DNA of 64,000 bases from Octopus vulgaris (Eukaryota). The notes below the pieces were generated by a model. The model was not told the origin of the DNA and searched no databases. It saw only the letters and a program-made list of their open reading frames with translations. Below, one piece after another: positions 39,891-55,247 of this stretch. The position numbers were made by a program, and so were the translations under genes. The DNA is taken from positions 191,766,001-191,830,000 of the forward strand of contig OX597814.1 in the NCBI GenBank assembly GCA_951406725.2, written 5' to 3'. The first letter of the stretch is position 1; each line of letters starts with the position of its first letter.

Positions 39891-40510
39891 AATTGTTTAG
39901 GTTTTCTTCTAAAATTCTCTACTAACTTCAAAAGTTTGTTGTACAACAAAATCTCCATTTAGTAAGATTTAAAATGTTTAGTCAGAATGGAAGCAAAATT
40001 TAGAATTTGATACTAATGGGTAAGGCAGTTTAGATCATCTAAGAAAACAATTGTAATCTCTGAGGCAATAGGCAAAATGTGATGAAGGGTTTTCTTCCCA
40101 GTTATATTTGTTCTGTGATTTTACTGCTAAAGACTTCAAGGATTTAAAAAATTAACCTTGATTCCGCTACAGTTTACCTCTACAGAAATAACAAAATAAA
40201 CAGAAATGGCAAATAAATGAAGTAGTTTAAGTTACATGGAATGTAACGGGGTCTTAGAAAGAGCCTAATATGATTTTATTTGTTGTATTTGCTTTTATTT
40301 TAACTCAACTCACAGCTGCTTTAAATGGATGAACAAGATTTTGATTATTTTGTGTTATTTTATTCACAAAATCATTTAGTGTTGATAGTTAGTCCATCTG
40401 GTGTTTCCTGCGGCTAACCTTGTACTAAATGCATTAATTCATTTGTGGAATGTACTAGTAAAGTTTGTCTCTTGAGTAAATGAAGATCTTCATATATGTG
40501 TGTGTGTGTG

Positions 40511-40560
<50 letters not shown>

Positions 40561-40739
40561 CTTTTGTCTCTTGTGTGCCATATGATGTTCATTTTACTTT
40601 TCCCTCATTCACCTAAGTTTAGTGGCATCTATTTATTTCATGTTTGAGGTGACTGAGTTCAAAGTTCCTTGTTTCTAGATTTTATTAATAGCCAAGTACT
40701 TTAAAAACAAATTGTTTTCTTTCTCTCCTTAATTCCATT

Positions 40740-43527
40740 TTTTACTGTTTGTTTGTCATTGGACTGTGGTCATGCTGGGGCTCTGCTTTGGAGTGTTGAG
40801 TTGAACAAACCTAGCCTCAGTACTTATTTTAATCCTGGTAATTCTAGCACTCTTGTCAAACTGCTAAGTTACCGGGATGTAAACAAACCAACATCAATTG
40901 TCAAACAGTGAGTGGGGCAGACAAACATAAAACACGTGCATATATATTCCTACATATGCTGGGCTTCCGCACAATTTCCATCTACCAAATTCACTTACAA
41001 AACACTGGCCAACCTGGGGCTATTGTAGAAGACACTTCCCCAAGGCATGACAGTGGGGCTGAACCCAAAACCTCATGGTTGCAAAGCAAGCTTTTTAACT
41101 ACACAGCCATACCTGCACCAACACAGACTTATGGACATAAAGAAGAATATCATGAGGAGACAACAGTCAAGTCAAGATAAGGGGACAAACACACATTTAT
41201 GTACAATAGGCTTCTTTCAGTTTCTGTTCACCAAATCCATTCATAAGGCTTTGGTCAGCTCAGGGCTATAATAGAAGACACTTGCTATTTTGTATTAAAG
41301 GCAATGGGAGAATCTCTTTGTAGTTACTTAATCTGCTAGAAATAATACTAGATCTCCAAGTTGCACCATACCATCTTGAAGGAGGAACACATCAGTCAAG
41401 GAAGCCATGGACATATAAAGATGGGATGGGATGGTCATGGCTGAGATGGCTCTCATCATAAATCAGTTCAATTACAGTTGACTTACCTAATAACCATTCT
41501 GTATCACATCTTCTTGTCTTCAGACCGCATTCACCTGGGGTGGGTTGAGCTGGCTTCATTCATCCTCAATGCTGCATCTCTCACAAACGCCGACCAGACC
41601 TGGCAATTTGAGGCTAACATGGTATCAAAAGGCCTCCTTCCCTTAAGCATGCAGTGGGACTGAACCCAAAACCATGTGGCTGGGAAGCAAACTTCTTAAC
41701 CACACCACTATGCCTGTATGAAATTGTAATTTCAAGATATATAGTAGATTTCTGTTGACAAAGAAAAATCAAAACAAAAAAGAAAAACAACTTAACAATG
41801 CTCAGTTTTTCTGTCGTTACTATCACAAGTTTTGAATTATTAGTCTTTTCTTTTTTTTTACCTCTCTCCACATTTATTCCCAGTTATCTTTTGTATACCC
41901 TTGTCATTAAATATAACACTAACTTACATTTTCTTTTTCATGTGAATTGTATCTTTGAATTACTTTGCACTCAAAATTTTACACACAAAATATTTTCTTT
42001 TTACCTACTCTCACAAAGATAGTTGTCTTCAAGTTGAAATCAATTCAGTGCTTTTCTTTCTTCCTTTTTCGCTTTTTCCTACATTATGATAGTTTTGCAG
42101 TTTAGAAGGAAAAGCTGGTGCCATACTTACAAATCTTTCACTCTTTTCATGTTTTTTTACTGTCTGTGTACGAGTTTCTCGTACAAACGTTATTGATTTA
42201 ATTTCTATTGTCCCAAATGAGTATACACTTTGAATTTGAGGTTACAGTATATAAACCAGAAAAACAAAACAAGAAAATGAAAACCAAACAACCATTTTGA
42301 TTCTGAAATTTCTTTAGCACTGATATTTAAATGCCATCACCAGCTGTAGAATTAGAATTGCAGAATAAAGGGATTATACTTAAGATTATTCTGCTTTTAT
42401 CTTTTATTTGTTTGTCATTAGACTGTGGCCATGCTAGAGCACCACCTTGAATTTTAGTCAAAAGAATCAACCTCAATACTTTTAAAGTCTGGTACTTATT
42501 CTGTTGGTGTCTTTTACCAAAACACTTTTATGGGGATGTAAACACACCGACACTGGTTGTCAAATGGTGGTGGGAGACAAATACACATGCACACACACAC
42601 GGAAGCATCTTTCAGTTCCTGTCTACCAAATACCTTCACAAGGCCTTTTTCAGCCCGAGGCTATAGACACTTGTCCAAGGTGCCATGCAATGGGACTGAA
42701 CCCAGAACCATATGATTGGGAAGCAAGGTTCTTGACACACAGCCACACAGTTAAATATTTCCTTATTTGTTTTATTGATTGATTTTCTCGGTTTATTTAA
42801 TGTAAATTTTAGTTCATAAACCAAGTGTTTCTTGTAAATGGTAGGAAATGTATTTAGTTTGTTTTTTAAATATCTATCAGAATCCACTTATTTAAGTTTA
42901 ATTAATTTCACTGTTTAGCTCAAGTAGATGATGTGGAGACTTGGAATCGGCTAATGCATGTGCAGTCAATAGAAAAATTCACATACTTATTGCTAGTAAA
43001 TTTCAGGAGTCGTCAGGAAAGATTGTGTACCGTTTCGGGACCTTCCTCTCAATGGCTTTAGAGCACACCAGCCCACCACTCATTCATCTGTTATTGTCAT
43101 ATAATTTCTTAAAATTTGTTTCAAATTTTGGCACAAGGTCAGCAATAGTTGGGGCGGGATGAATCAATTACATCGACCTTGGTGCTTGACTGGTACTTAT
43201 TTTATTGAACCTGAAAGGATGAAAGGCAAAGTTGACCTCAGCAGAATTTGAACTCAAAATGTAAAGAAAAACAAAATACTGCTAAGCATTTTGCCGGTCT
43301 ATACGTGTGTGTGTGTGTGTGTGTATACATACATATAAATGAAGTTCTGATAATGCTATATGGTGATACACAAGCACTCAGCTATGAGTGCAATACATCT
43401 TATAGCAGAAACAGATGTAAGCTTATGAAGTTCATAGCATAATTTCTTATTCCCCTGTCATTTATCTAATTTTCTGTTATTACTCTGTACTTGACTGATA
43501 CTTTTCTTCTGAAGCATATATATATAG

Positions 43528-43602
<75 letters not shown>

Positions 43603-46600
43603 TAGATATATATATATAGAGATAGAGATATATAGAGATAGATATAGATATAGAGATAGATAGATAGATATAGAGATAGATATAGATATATAGATATATA
43701 GAGAGAGTTCTAACACTAGATTAATAGTATTGCTATGCCTAAGTGAAATAAAATTCACGCACGTGCGCACACCACACACACACACATACAGTTTCTGTCT
43801 ATAAAATGCACTCACAAGGCATTGACTGGCTCAGAGCTATAGTAGAATACACTTGCCCAAGGTCCCATGCAATGAGATTGAACCTGAAACCATGTGGTTA
43901 CAAAGCAAGTTCCTTAACTCCACAGCCATTGCCTGCGTTTATAAAATCAATACATATATAGTAACTAGATTATCAAAAACATGACTGTATTTTTTTTTTT
44001 TTTTAAGCGTCATTATTTTATTTGGTTTTTAATTCCTATGAGTTTTCTCTATAATTAAAAAAAAATGCCTTAATGCATTAACAGACAGACAAGGATAATT
44101 TATGTGTATATTTCATTTCATCAGCTTAATATACACAGATGACAGATTACTTCTGTTTGGTTAAATATAAATAGTTATAGCCTTCACCTCTCTCTTTCTT
44201 CTTATCAAAATAAGGAGAGGGAAATTACTTTACAAAATGGTTCCAGTTTAGGCGCTTCATGCTGTTTGCACAGGATTGCAACACTTACTTAGTTCTGAAG
44301 TTTATCATCTTAAGAATGGTTTCATTGGTACTAACACCCAGTTATAAGCGAGACTGATTGCTTAAAGAATTGATAAAAAATAGTTTAATGTTACATTTTC
44401 TTAGTTGTGATTCACCAAGTATAAAGCAACCTCAGTTAAAATTATAAGCATGCAACTTCGTTTTAAAAATATATTTGATGATACATTAGAAAGCTCTCAA
44501 TCTATTTTGTAATATAAATATAATGAGCATTAAAAGCTATCAAGAATTAATTTTCCATCTGTCTATCCGTCCACCCATCTGTCTGCTTTTTTTTTTGATG
44601 AGTTACTCTCCTAGGCTGTTAACTCAACAACAACAACCACTAACATGTAATATTGTAGCACTTAACTTGCATTATTCACGTTCAAATGCAGCTGTTTTAT
44701 ACTGTTATGAATAGAAGTGTAATAAATTCAGAGCAGATGGCAGTTGCTTTGTAACTGAATTTGAGAAATATGATTCAGTGTGTATTATTATTATTTTTCT
44801 CAAATTCATAATTTCATCAATAACCTGATATGTAAATAAAAATATATTAAACTTAAACACACAAGCACACACATGTGGAGAAAGGTACCATGCTATTGCT
44901 ATTAAATTATACATTTAAATGTAGAACCTTGTGAAAAGGGAAAGAGATCACCACTCATCATCATCATCGTTTAATAGGCCAAAGTAACAGCATACATGAC
45001 TGTTATCCAGTTTTTCTCTTGTATCTACCAGATGACAAAGAACTGGCAAGGGTGGCAAGATGTTAGATCTGTCCAGCCTAAATACACCAGCATCATTTGT
45101 CAAGCGATGGTGGAGGTACAAACATGGACACACACACACACACCTACACAATAGATTCCTTTCAGTTTACATCTACCAGATTCACTCACAAGGTTTTTGG
45201 TCTGCCCAAGGTGCCGTGTGGTGGGACTGAACCCGAAACCGTGTGGTTGGTAAGTAAACTTCTTACCACACAGTCGCACCTGTGCACACACACACACACA
45301 CACACACATACATATAATTTTTTTTTTTTTTTTCGTGAAAAATATATTTATCTTCATCTTGGTTTTCTTAATAGGTTTAAATCTGCATTTTAAATTGTAC
45401 TGTTTTAACCCTGAAAGATTTTAAATCCAAATTTTCTACCTTCTAATTGGGTTGAATATAAGCTGTATTCTAGCAGAATTAATGTGTATCTATGGGATTG
45501 ATTAGAAACAGAAAATTAGTGCAGTGTTTGTTAAGAGGCTTATCAGCATATATTTTATCAATAATGCCTTTACTACTGAAAGAAATATTGAAGACTTGTG
45601 TGTATTAAAAAAAAAAAAATTATCAAATCTTTCCTCATAAATCTAGTTAGTCTAAGCTTAATATTACCACTTTAGCAAAATAGTGTATGCTTATAAATCT
45701 ACTTATACTCTTTACTTGTTTCAGTCATTTGACTGTGGCCATGCTGGAGCACCGCCTTTAGTTGAGCAAATCGACCCCAGGACTTATTCTTTGTATACCT
45801 AGTACTTATTCTATCGGTGTCTTTTGCTGAACTGCTAAGTTACGGGGACGCAAACACACCAGCATTGGTTGTCAAGCGATGTTGGGGAGACAAACACGTA
45901 CATACATATATACGACAGGCTTCTTTCAGTTTCCATCTACCAAATCCACTTACAAGGCTTTGGTTGGCCCGAGACTATAGTAGAAGACACTTGTCCAAGA
46001 TGCCTGTCAGAATGTACTAACAAGCAAAATGTCACCGAGTATTTTTTTCACGCAGCATGCTAATGATCCTTCCAGCTTGCCACCTTATCTTTTCAGGGTC
46101 GATAAAATAAGTACCTTAACACTGGAGTCAATGTAATTGACTTAACACCACTCTCGCAAAATTGCTGGCTTTGTGCCAAAATTTGAAATCATAATCATAA
46201 AACACCATTTTCTGAGTTCATTGCATAAATTTATGTAAATCTCCTTGTTAGGTTGGTTGCAGGTTTCAAAATTAGTTTGTCATTTGCATTTGAATCCAGC
46301 TTTTAAGTTAATAACGCTTAAAAGTATTTATTATTCTGGGATGCCTATTGCATGATAACTAACTCCTTCCTTTATTGACTCGTGTTTAAATCCCACTATT
46401 TTACACATGATTTTAACTGACAAAACCGAGATGCTACTTATAACAGGAGGCAAAGCTAATCCTATGAAGGGAAAAAAATTTGTGCCAAGATTAACACTGT
46501 TAGAGGTGTGACTTATATACAATGCAACTTATACACAAGTAAATATGGTGAGTATTAATTAATTTGGTGGGCTAAAAAACAGTAATTAAAATTATATCCA

Positions 46601-46965
46601 TTTATTTTTTACTTGTTTCAGTCATTAGGCTGTGGGCATGCTGGGGCACTGCCTTGAATTTTAGTTGAATGAATCAACCCCAGTACTCATTTTTTTTAAA
46701 GCCTGGTGCTTCTATTGATCTCATTTTGCTGAACTGCTAAGTTATGGGGATGTAAACACACCAACACTGGTTGTCAGGTGGTAGTGGGGGACACATACAC
46801 ACACATATGATAGTTTTTCAGTTTTCATCTACCAAATGTACTCACAAGGCTTTGGTTGGCCCAAAGCTGTAGTAGAAGACGCTTGCCCAAGGTCCCACAC
46901 AATGGGACTGAACATGGAACCATGTGGTTCAAAAGCAAGCTTCTTACCACACAGCCACGCCTATG
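40740..46965 (-). mobile_element. Run of separate minus-strand SINE A copies (40740-41120, 41180-41285, 42395-42750, 43760-43940, 45080-45285, 45706-46005, 46605-46965)
   Basis: Each shows TTTCAGTTTCC.TCTACCAAAT.CACTCACAAGG..GGGACTGAACC..; intervening DNA is unique or SINE C. Confidence 0.8.
43515..43706. repeat. (TA)n/(GATA/GA)n microsatellite
   Basis: Direct inspection. Confidence 0.95.
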
Positions 46966-48468
46966 AGCAAAAAAAATAATAAATAAAATTTGCTTACTTA
47001 ATTTTAATCAAGAAGGCCTGGGGACATTGAAATCAAATATGGGCATGTTGTAGTCAGATTTATTTTTAGTAGGCAATAGCTCCAGGCATATTTTGATCTT
47101 AGTAAACCTCCTTTAAATATACATAGTTTTTCAAATAGTGAGGTTTGATTTATTTTTTGTGAAAACAATTTTGAAGCTTGCACAGGCAGAATCATTTAGC
47201 ACAGTGATTCTCGGTTGAAATAAATTACCTGTTGACACCTGGATTGATGTAATCAGCCAGCCCTTTCTCTTCAGGGCAGTGGATCGACAGAATTGTTAGA
47301 TTAGAATAAATACCACAAAGCATTTTGTCCAATAATCTGTTCTGGGTTCAGTTCCTGCTGAGCTCAACTTTGCTTTTCATCCATTTGGAGTCAGTAAAAT
47401 CAAATACCTCTGAAGTACTAGGGTCATTTCCCTCAAGACTGCTGGCCTTGTGTTTAATTCAGAAGCAATAATAATATTGATTTCAAATTTTAACACAAGG
47501 TCAGCAATTTTGGGGAAGTGGGTAAGTTAATTATGTCAGTTCCCGGTGCTCAACTGTTACTTATTCTACTGAATCCAAAAGGACAGAAGGTGAAGTCAAC
47601 CTCGGCGGAATTTGAACTCGGAATGTAGACAAATGAAATGTTGCTTAGCATTTTGCCCAGCTTGCTAGCAATTCTGCCAGCTCATTGCCATAAGAGCAAT
47701 ACTATTATTAAATAAATCTTAATGAATAAACAGTGGAACTTTAAGTATATAAAGTTATAAATAACATGTAGAATTTTGGGTTTAAAAAAACCCCCTTGGA
47801 TGGAAAAAGGTTTTTTTTTATCCCTGTATTCTTCACTGAATTATTTATAGATTTGTCAACTCATCTAAAACCCATGCCAGCATTAAGAATGATAATAATG
47901 ATGATGATGATGACATCTATTTTGAGTTCCTCCATTAAAAATGATTTATTTCATATCTCTCGTAGTTTTGAAACACCCCTCCTCCTCATCCTCCTTCCCC
48001 CTCCTTATCAGCATCATCAAATGGCTTTTTAAATTTTTTATTCATTTAAGGCTGTCCTTAAGAATTTTAATTTCTACTATCCATCAAATTTTTTTAAAAA
48101 ATCAATCGTGATTTATTGAATGTGATCAGACATAATTAAATTTGAATGGGTGGGCAGGTGGAGAAGAAAGGTTTGCTTTCATATTACTGATTTTAACCTG
48201 TTGGCTGCGGCCATGTTAACAATTTCTTGACTGTGTTTCAACTGGAGTCAAACCAATTTCGAGATGTTCTGAATGATATGTCAGATCTGATTTAGATTTC
48301 TCGCTTTCAGTCTCTCTGCACTAAACACAAGTGTATCTTTTGGGGGGAAATAGACAAGTTAATAATGATATTCTATATTGTGGTTGCTACTTCAAATGCT
48401 TTGGTGTAGTTTTAGTTATTTGAAACAAATACAAGCTGCTGTCTACTCACTAAGTAAAATTTATTTCT

Positions 48469-48825
48469 CAGGCACAGGAGTGGCTGTGTGGTAAGTAGCT
48501 TTGCTTACCAACCATATGGTTCCGGGTTCAGTCCCACTGCGTGGAACCTTGGGCAAGTGTCTTCTACTATAGTCTCAGGCCAACCAAAGCCTTGTGAGTG
48601 GATTTGGTAGACGGAAACTGAAAGAAGCCTGTCGTGTGTGTGTATGTTTGTCTCCCCACCATCGTTTGACACCCTATGTTGGTATGTTTACGTCGCCATA
48701 ACTTAGTAGTTTGGCAAAAGAGGCCAATAAAATAAATACTAGACTTACAAAGAATGTCTTGGGGTCAGTTTGTTTGACTAAAGGCGGTGCTCCAGCATGG
48801 CCACAGTCAAGTGATGGAAACAAAT
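48469..48825 (+). mobile_element. SINE A
   Basis: GGCACAGGAGTGGCTGTGTGGTAAG head to CAGTCAAGTGATGGAAACAA tail. Confidence 0.9.
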
Positions 48826-48869
48826 ATATGTACATTTCAATTTCTAAATGTTTACTCCTGAATACTAAC

Positions 48870-49350
48870 AATTGGAATGAGATCTAAGAGAGGAATTCTT
48901 ATATTATGTATTAGAGTGGTGTCATAGTCTTGGTTATTTTTTCCACTAAATTTTGGCTGTTGTACGCTCCAGCCTTTTTTGGATGTCTTGTCATTCACCT
49001 TCGTCCCTTGCCTGGGTTTGAACTCAGAACCTCTAGTTCCTTTAACTATCCAATATAAAATTCCTCATCTCAGAAATACAGAATTGTATTATCCAATCAC
49101 CACGGAGCCAACATAAGATATCAAAGAAGGTTTATAAGCCTTAAAAATTCACTCTGACACTACTTGTGGGGATAGCATAGTGGATAAAGGTGTTGATTAA
49201 TGCTATGCAGTCACCTAGAAGTTCTGAGTTCAATCCTAGTTACTAAGGTGACTCACAAGACATCTGAAGAAGGTTGGATCTTACACAGCCAAAACATAGT
49301 GAAAGCAGTAATCAAAATGAGGATACCACTTTGACTAACACATAATGTAA
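48870..49350. mobile_element. Inverted pair of old hammerhead-SINE family copies (minus about 48870-49051, plus about 49052-49350)
   Basis: Plus: GTTCTGAGTTCAATCC B box, CAAGACATCTGAAGAAGGTTGG..CAGCCAAAACATAGTG..ATGAGGA..ATAATGTAA. Minus: GTTCTGAGTTCAAACCC..CAAGACATCCAAAAAAGGCTGGAGCGTACAACAGCCAAAA. AATTCCTCATCTC tail motif at 49059. Confidence 0.65.
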
Positions 49351-49680
49351 CAAGAGCACTGAGAGCGCAAACCTCCGCCAAGACAACACCAATGTCCTCT
49401 CAACGATTAGCTAGAGATGATTTTTAAAATGAGAATATATTAAATAAACTTGATTGCTCTCACAAGCAAGAATACTAAAAATGGACCTGACTGCTCTCAA
49501 AAATTAAGTAAAAAAAAACATGAAAAATAATCCAGAATCCTTGTCCTGTACTGGATTATTCCTAAAATCTAAATAGTTCATGCCAGGCATGAGTTAAGAC
49601 ATCTCTAAAAGTTTCTAAATCTATCCAGCAGTTCTTGAGATATCTTGTCCATGGACAAACACAGACATAAAGACACAGAT
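49349..49680 (+). mobile_element. Non-autonomous DNA element, possibly HINE/DINE-like (Helentron-associated)
   Basis: Starts AACAAGAGCACT.AGAGCGCAAACCTCCGCCAAG, has AATAATCCAG..CTGGATTATT hairpin and ends in GACAAACACAGACA repeats; classification is from recollection only. Confidence 0.4.
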
Positions 49681-49711
49681 GTTAAATTTTAGTAATTTTT
49701 TTTTCTGCCTT

Positions 49712-50086
49712 ACTCCTTTACTCTCTTGTATTTGTTTCAGTCATTTGACTGTGGCCATGCTGGAGCACCACCTCTAGTCAAAGAAATCGACCCAAGGGCT
49801 TATTCTTTGTAAGCCTAGTACTTATTCTATCAGTCTCTTTTGCCGAACCACTAAGTTATGGGAACATAAACACACCAGCATCGGTTGTCAAGCGATGTTG
49901 GGATACACACACATACATATATACGACGGGCTTCTTTCAGTTTCCGTCTACCAAATTCACTCACAAGGCTTTGGTCGGCCCGAGGCTATAGTAGAAGACA
50001 CTTACCCAAGGTGCCACGCAGTCGGAATGAACCCGGAACCATGTGGTTGGTAAGCAAGCTAGTTACCACACAGCCACTCCTGCACC
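49712..50086 (-). mobile_element. SINE A (young)
   Basis: Near-consensus copy ending about 180 nt upstream of the CerS acceptor. Confidence 0.9.
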
Positions 50087-50267
50087 TTCTTGAACTTTTT
50101 CAAAGAAAAATTTTATTTCACAATTCCTTCCTTTAAAGAATTTCTTTATAAACTCTTTGAATTTAAAAATCTTCTGTGATAATAATAATTGAAAAATGTA
50201 ATATTGATTTGTAAATTTGTTAAATGTGATGATACATTTGTAATTGAACAATGTTTGTTTCTTTCAG

Positions 50268-50394
50268 GTATCTATTCAGCCCAATAGGTAGAACACTAGG
50301 TCTTAAAGAAGAAAAACATATTCGAATTATTCATCATGAAGCACTGGAGAAAGCTTTTAGGTTACATAAAACTCCATGTAATGGACTTGTACAG
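50268..50394 (+). CDS. CerS: Internal coding exon of a ceramide synthase (CerS/LASS, schlank-like); segment between the first TM helix and the homeodomain-like region
   Basis: Acceptor tttgtttctttcAG|G at 50267/50268, donor CAG|GTAAAT at 50394/50395; 127 nt (phase 2 in, phase 0 out). Open frame (R)YLFSPIGRTLGLKEEKHIRIIHHEALEKAFRLHKTPCNGLVQ matches the recalled CerS pattern R-F..-P-.G..LG...-....-LEK.F/Y that precedes GL.KQ; the phase-2 intron in the ER|F codon also fits my recollection of CerS5/6 structure. Flanking coding exons not found in the window. Confidence 0.78.
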
Positions 50395-50459
50395 GTAAAT
50401 ATGTTGACAATATTCTTTTCATGGTCTATTTTATGTTGAATTATATATGTTTTGCAATA

Positions 50460-51722
<1,263 letters not shown>

Positions 51723-51976
51723 GTATTCCTTGTAAATGAAGGATATATTTTTCTCCCTACTGTAGTTGAAGGCATAAAAGATGCACAGACATATTAGATG
51801 CACACTAATTTCAGCAGTGCATTAATGCATGTAATATAGGCACAACTTTGCTTAAAGAACCTGGGGTGATTTTAGTTTATATATATATATTTTTTTTAAT
51901 CATTTTGGAAAAAAAGTATGTTTTATATACAAATATGCTATAGATTTTTCTTTCTTTTACTGTATATCTTCAAAAT

Positions 51977-52224
51977 CAGTGGTTCTCAATTAGCATCCAT
52001 GAGACCTTTGGTGGGGGGGGCCATATAAGATTTCATTCTTAGAATTGTGAAATAAATTGTTTATATTTGTATAATATACAGAATATATTTTAACATAATT
52101 TCTTATATTTAATTATAAAAATATGTGATTTTTTTTTTTTTTTAATTTTGAGTGGTTATGAGGATCCACGTGACTAAAATAGGAATTAAAAGAGGTCCAA
52201 GTAAAAAATGGTTGAGAATCATTG
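51977..52224. mobile_element. hAT-type MITE, copy 3
   Basis: TIRs CAGTGGTTCTCAA / TTGAGAATCATTG. Confidence 0.7.
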
Positions 52225-53130
52225 TCCTTAATGAGATTTTGTTTTTAATTTGCTAGTTGAAAATTGAACTGTTCTATAGCTATTTTGGACATATTTGACC
52301 TTGTGAACTATGAAAATGTGTCAGTTCTGAAGCAGTAAGTAAAAGGATGTTTGTTTTAGGCAGAGACCTATTATTGTATTCCATGTGGGATGGATCTTAA
52401 ATATCAGACCAAGCCTTTTAGATGTAGTCTTAAGGGTCTGCGGCTAACTAGACATAATTGGAATCTTTAGAATAACCATATTTATGAACTACTGGAGCTG
52501 CATGAGAGGAGTTACAAAGAAGTACGTTACTTAAAAACAAACTCCTAAAAATAAACAAAGTTAATGATAGTGGTGTGTTTGAAATCTGTGGCTGTAAACT
52601 TAAGTTATATTTACTGCAGTCCATCAAATTGGTATTATATTGACAGAATTGATACCAGCTGGGCTTTTCATTGCTCAGAGCAAATGAAAGTAAACTTTTT
52701 TTTATCTGTTAATGGTGGCTAATCTGCGTTCTTTACTTTCCAGCTGTTATGTAAATTATCTCTTTGTTGATTACTGGTTTTGCTGTTTTGGTAATAAAAC
52801 TATAGTTATAAGACAGATTTATTGCAAGCAATAAAACTTATCACAAGCAAGAAACCTAAGGCTATCTTGGACTACATTATCTAATGTGTCCTCTTTTATT
52901 TTTTATTAAAACAGTATTCTTCAGCTGTTTTTTTTTTTCCTCATACTTTCCTCCTCTCTATACTTTATTCTCAATGTATAAAGCTATCCAGCACCCACTC
53001 AGAGTTTGTAGTCTTTCAAACTTCATGACAGCCTCACTAGTGCTGGCAGCATTAAAAAAGCATCCAGTACTTACTGTAAAATGGTTGGCATTAGGAAGGG
53101 TATCCAGCCATAGAGACTATGCCAGAGCAA

Positions 53131-53365
53131 AAGGCTTCGAGCTGGCAGAAACGTTAGCACGCCGGGCAAAATGCTTAGTGGTATTTCGTCTGCCGTTGCG
53201 TTCTGAGTTCAAATTCTGCTATGGTCGACTTTGCCTTTCATCTTTTCAGGGGTTGATTAAATAAGTACCAGTTATGCACTGGGGTCGATATAATCGATTT
53301 AATTCGTTTGTCTGTCCTTGTTTTTCCCCTCTATGTGTAGCCCCTTTGTGGGCAATAAAGAAATA
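53131..53365 (+). mobile_element. SINE C inserted in an old SINE B
   Basis: TSD ACTATGCCAGAGCA / ACTATGCCAAAGCA. Confidence 0.88.
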
Positions 53366-53685
53366 GGAAACTATGCCAAAGCAGGCATTGGAGCATGATG
53401 TAGTGCTTGGGACTATCAGATCCTGTCAAACCATTCAGCCCTTGCCAGTATAGAACATGAATGCTAGGTGATGGTGATATGATGTGATTTGAGAAAGGTT
53501 TGGCTGGAAAATGTAAACAATGCTTTTATTGTCTAATGTTTATGGCATTTAAGTTCTCCAAGCTGTCACCTCTTTAAGTACTAATTAGGTTTAATATTAA
53601 GTTTGATGACCAAATGTCAATTTGTGTTCTCAGCTTGATGTGGCTATAAACTGTTTTGTTTTTCTTGTTGAAATTACATATGATG

Positions 53686-54050
53686 CTGGCATGGCTGTAT
53701 GGTTAAGAAACTTGTTTGCAACCACATGGTTTTGGGTTCTGTCCCACTGCATGGCCTCTTACACAAGTGTCTTCCATTATAGCCTTGAACTAAGCAATAC
53801 CTTGTGAATGAATCTGATAGATGGAAACTGCATGGAAGCCTGTTTGTATTTTTCAACTCTTCCTCACTGCTTGACAACTGTTGCTAGTATGTTTACATCT
53901 CCATAACTTAGAAGTTTGGCAAAAGAGACCAATGAAATAAGCACCAAGCTTTTAAAAAAAATGTTAGTCGATTTTACTTGACTTGACTATTCAAGATGGT
54001 ATCCTAACAGGGCTGCAGTCCAATGACTGTGGTCCTGTAAAAGATAAAAG
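53686..54050 (+). mobile_element. Old SINE A
   Basis: Family A head and AAAAGATAAAAG tail. Confidence 0.8.
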
Positions 54051-54712
54051 ATGATGAGAATACTATGGAGATTCATGAAGGTGGAGGATGCCATTTATTG
54101 GTTATTGAAGAAGTATTATGAAACATTGTTATTCTGAGTGTTTGAATAGAAATTTTGGGTAGTGTGAATCTTTTTGTAAGACTGCATGCAATAAAGTTGG
54201 AATTTTTAGCTGATACTCTTCCAAGCTATTAACCAAGAAAATCGGAGGAAATTTATCTGAACTGTGAGTCAAAGAAAGGTTAAAAGAAATATTTACCTCT
54301 CTGCAGTTGGCTTCACTTATATATGGATTGTGTTATAGAATCTGGTAATTGATTTGAGCTAAAGAATTGTTGTTGGTTAGAGAAGAGAAGAAAGAAAAAA
54401 ATTTGCATGAGTTTTATTTTTGAAAGATTTGTCAGACTGTTTGAATTCTGTCATTGGGCAAACCCCTCCCTTATAAAATTAGATTGTAATAATAGCTATA
54501 AGTATCGTAGCTGATGTAGAATAATTTGAATAAAGTTTTAACAATTAACTGTTCTGTTTCTCATTCCTGTTTATTGCTTTTTAACTAGGTTAAGTTCATC
54601 GTCAGCATCACTAATGTCCATTTTGATGTTGATGATAGTTCACTATTAATAGAATAACTATTAAGTAGGCCTATCCCACACATATACTTTATTGGACAAA
54701 TTCTGACTACAG

Positions 54713-55247
54713 CAGGGGCAGGGAAACTTTAGTGCGGTGGTCAAAAATTTCCAAAGAAAAAGGTCCATGGGCAGATCACAAGTTCTAACTCTTATATTTG
54801 TGTAAATCTTGTATATATCTATGTATAATTTGATATACATTAATAAAGATAAGTTTGAGACATTAAATTAACGTGTAGCATTTTCATTATTGCAGCCACT
54901 GAATTTAGGACATTTTATATTACCAATGAGGTATTTTATATTTTTCAGGTAGTGTTGTTGGGTCTCAAGGGGGTGGTACAAACCTAGCAATATGGGTTTT
55001 AGAGTGAAAACAAAATTTCCAATCGAATGACAGTTACCAGGCGATTTTCTGTTCAAGTCTAACCGTTTAGACTTGTAGTCATAGTGGAGATACAACCTAT
55101 TGTCGTAAATAGGCATACAAATATTGTATAAATTTTGTAATTGAAAAATTTACTATATTTTGTACATACAAGTATACCAGCCTGTGTGTGCAATACAATG
55201 GGCTCGCAGGTGCAGTTGTGCCTGCAGGTGGGAGTTCCCCACCCCTG
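54713..55247. mobile_element. hAT MITE (535 bp)
   Basis: TIRs CAGGGGCAGGGAAACT / AGTTCCCCACCCCTG; perfect 8-bp TSD GACTACAG (54705-54712, 55248-55255). Confidence 0.88.

Noticed and set aside
43010-43060. GTTTCG..TCTCAA hammerhead-like fragment on the minus strand
   Set aside because: No CUGANGA box correctly placed and no stem I.
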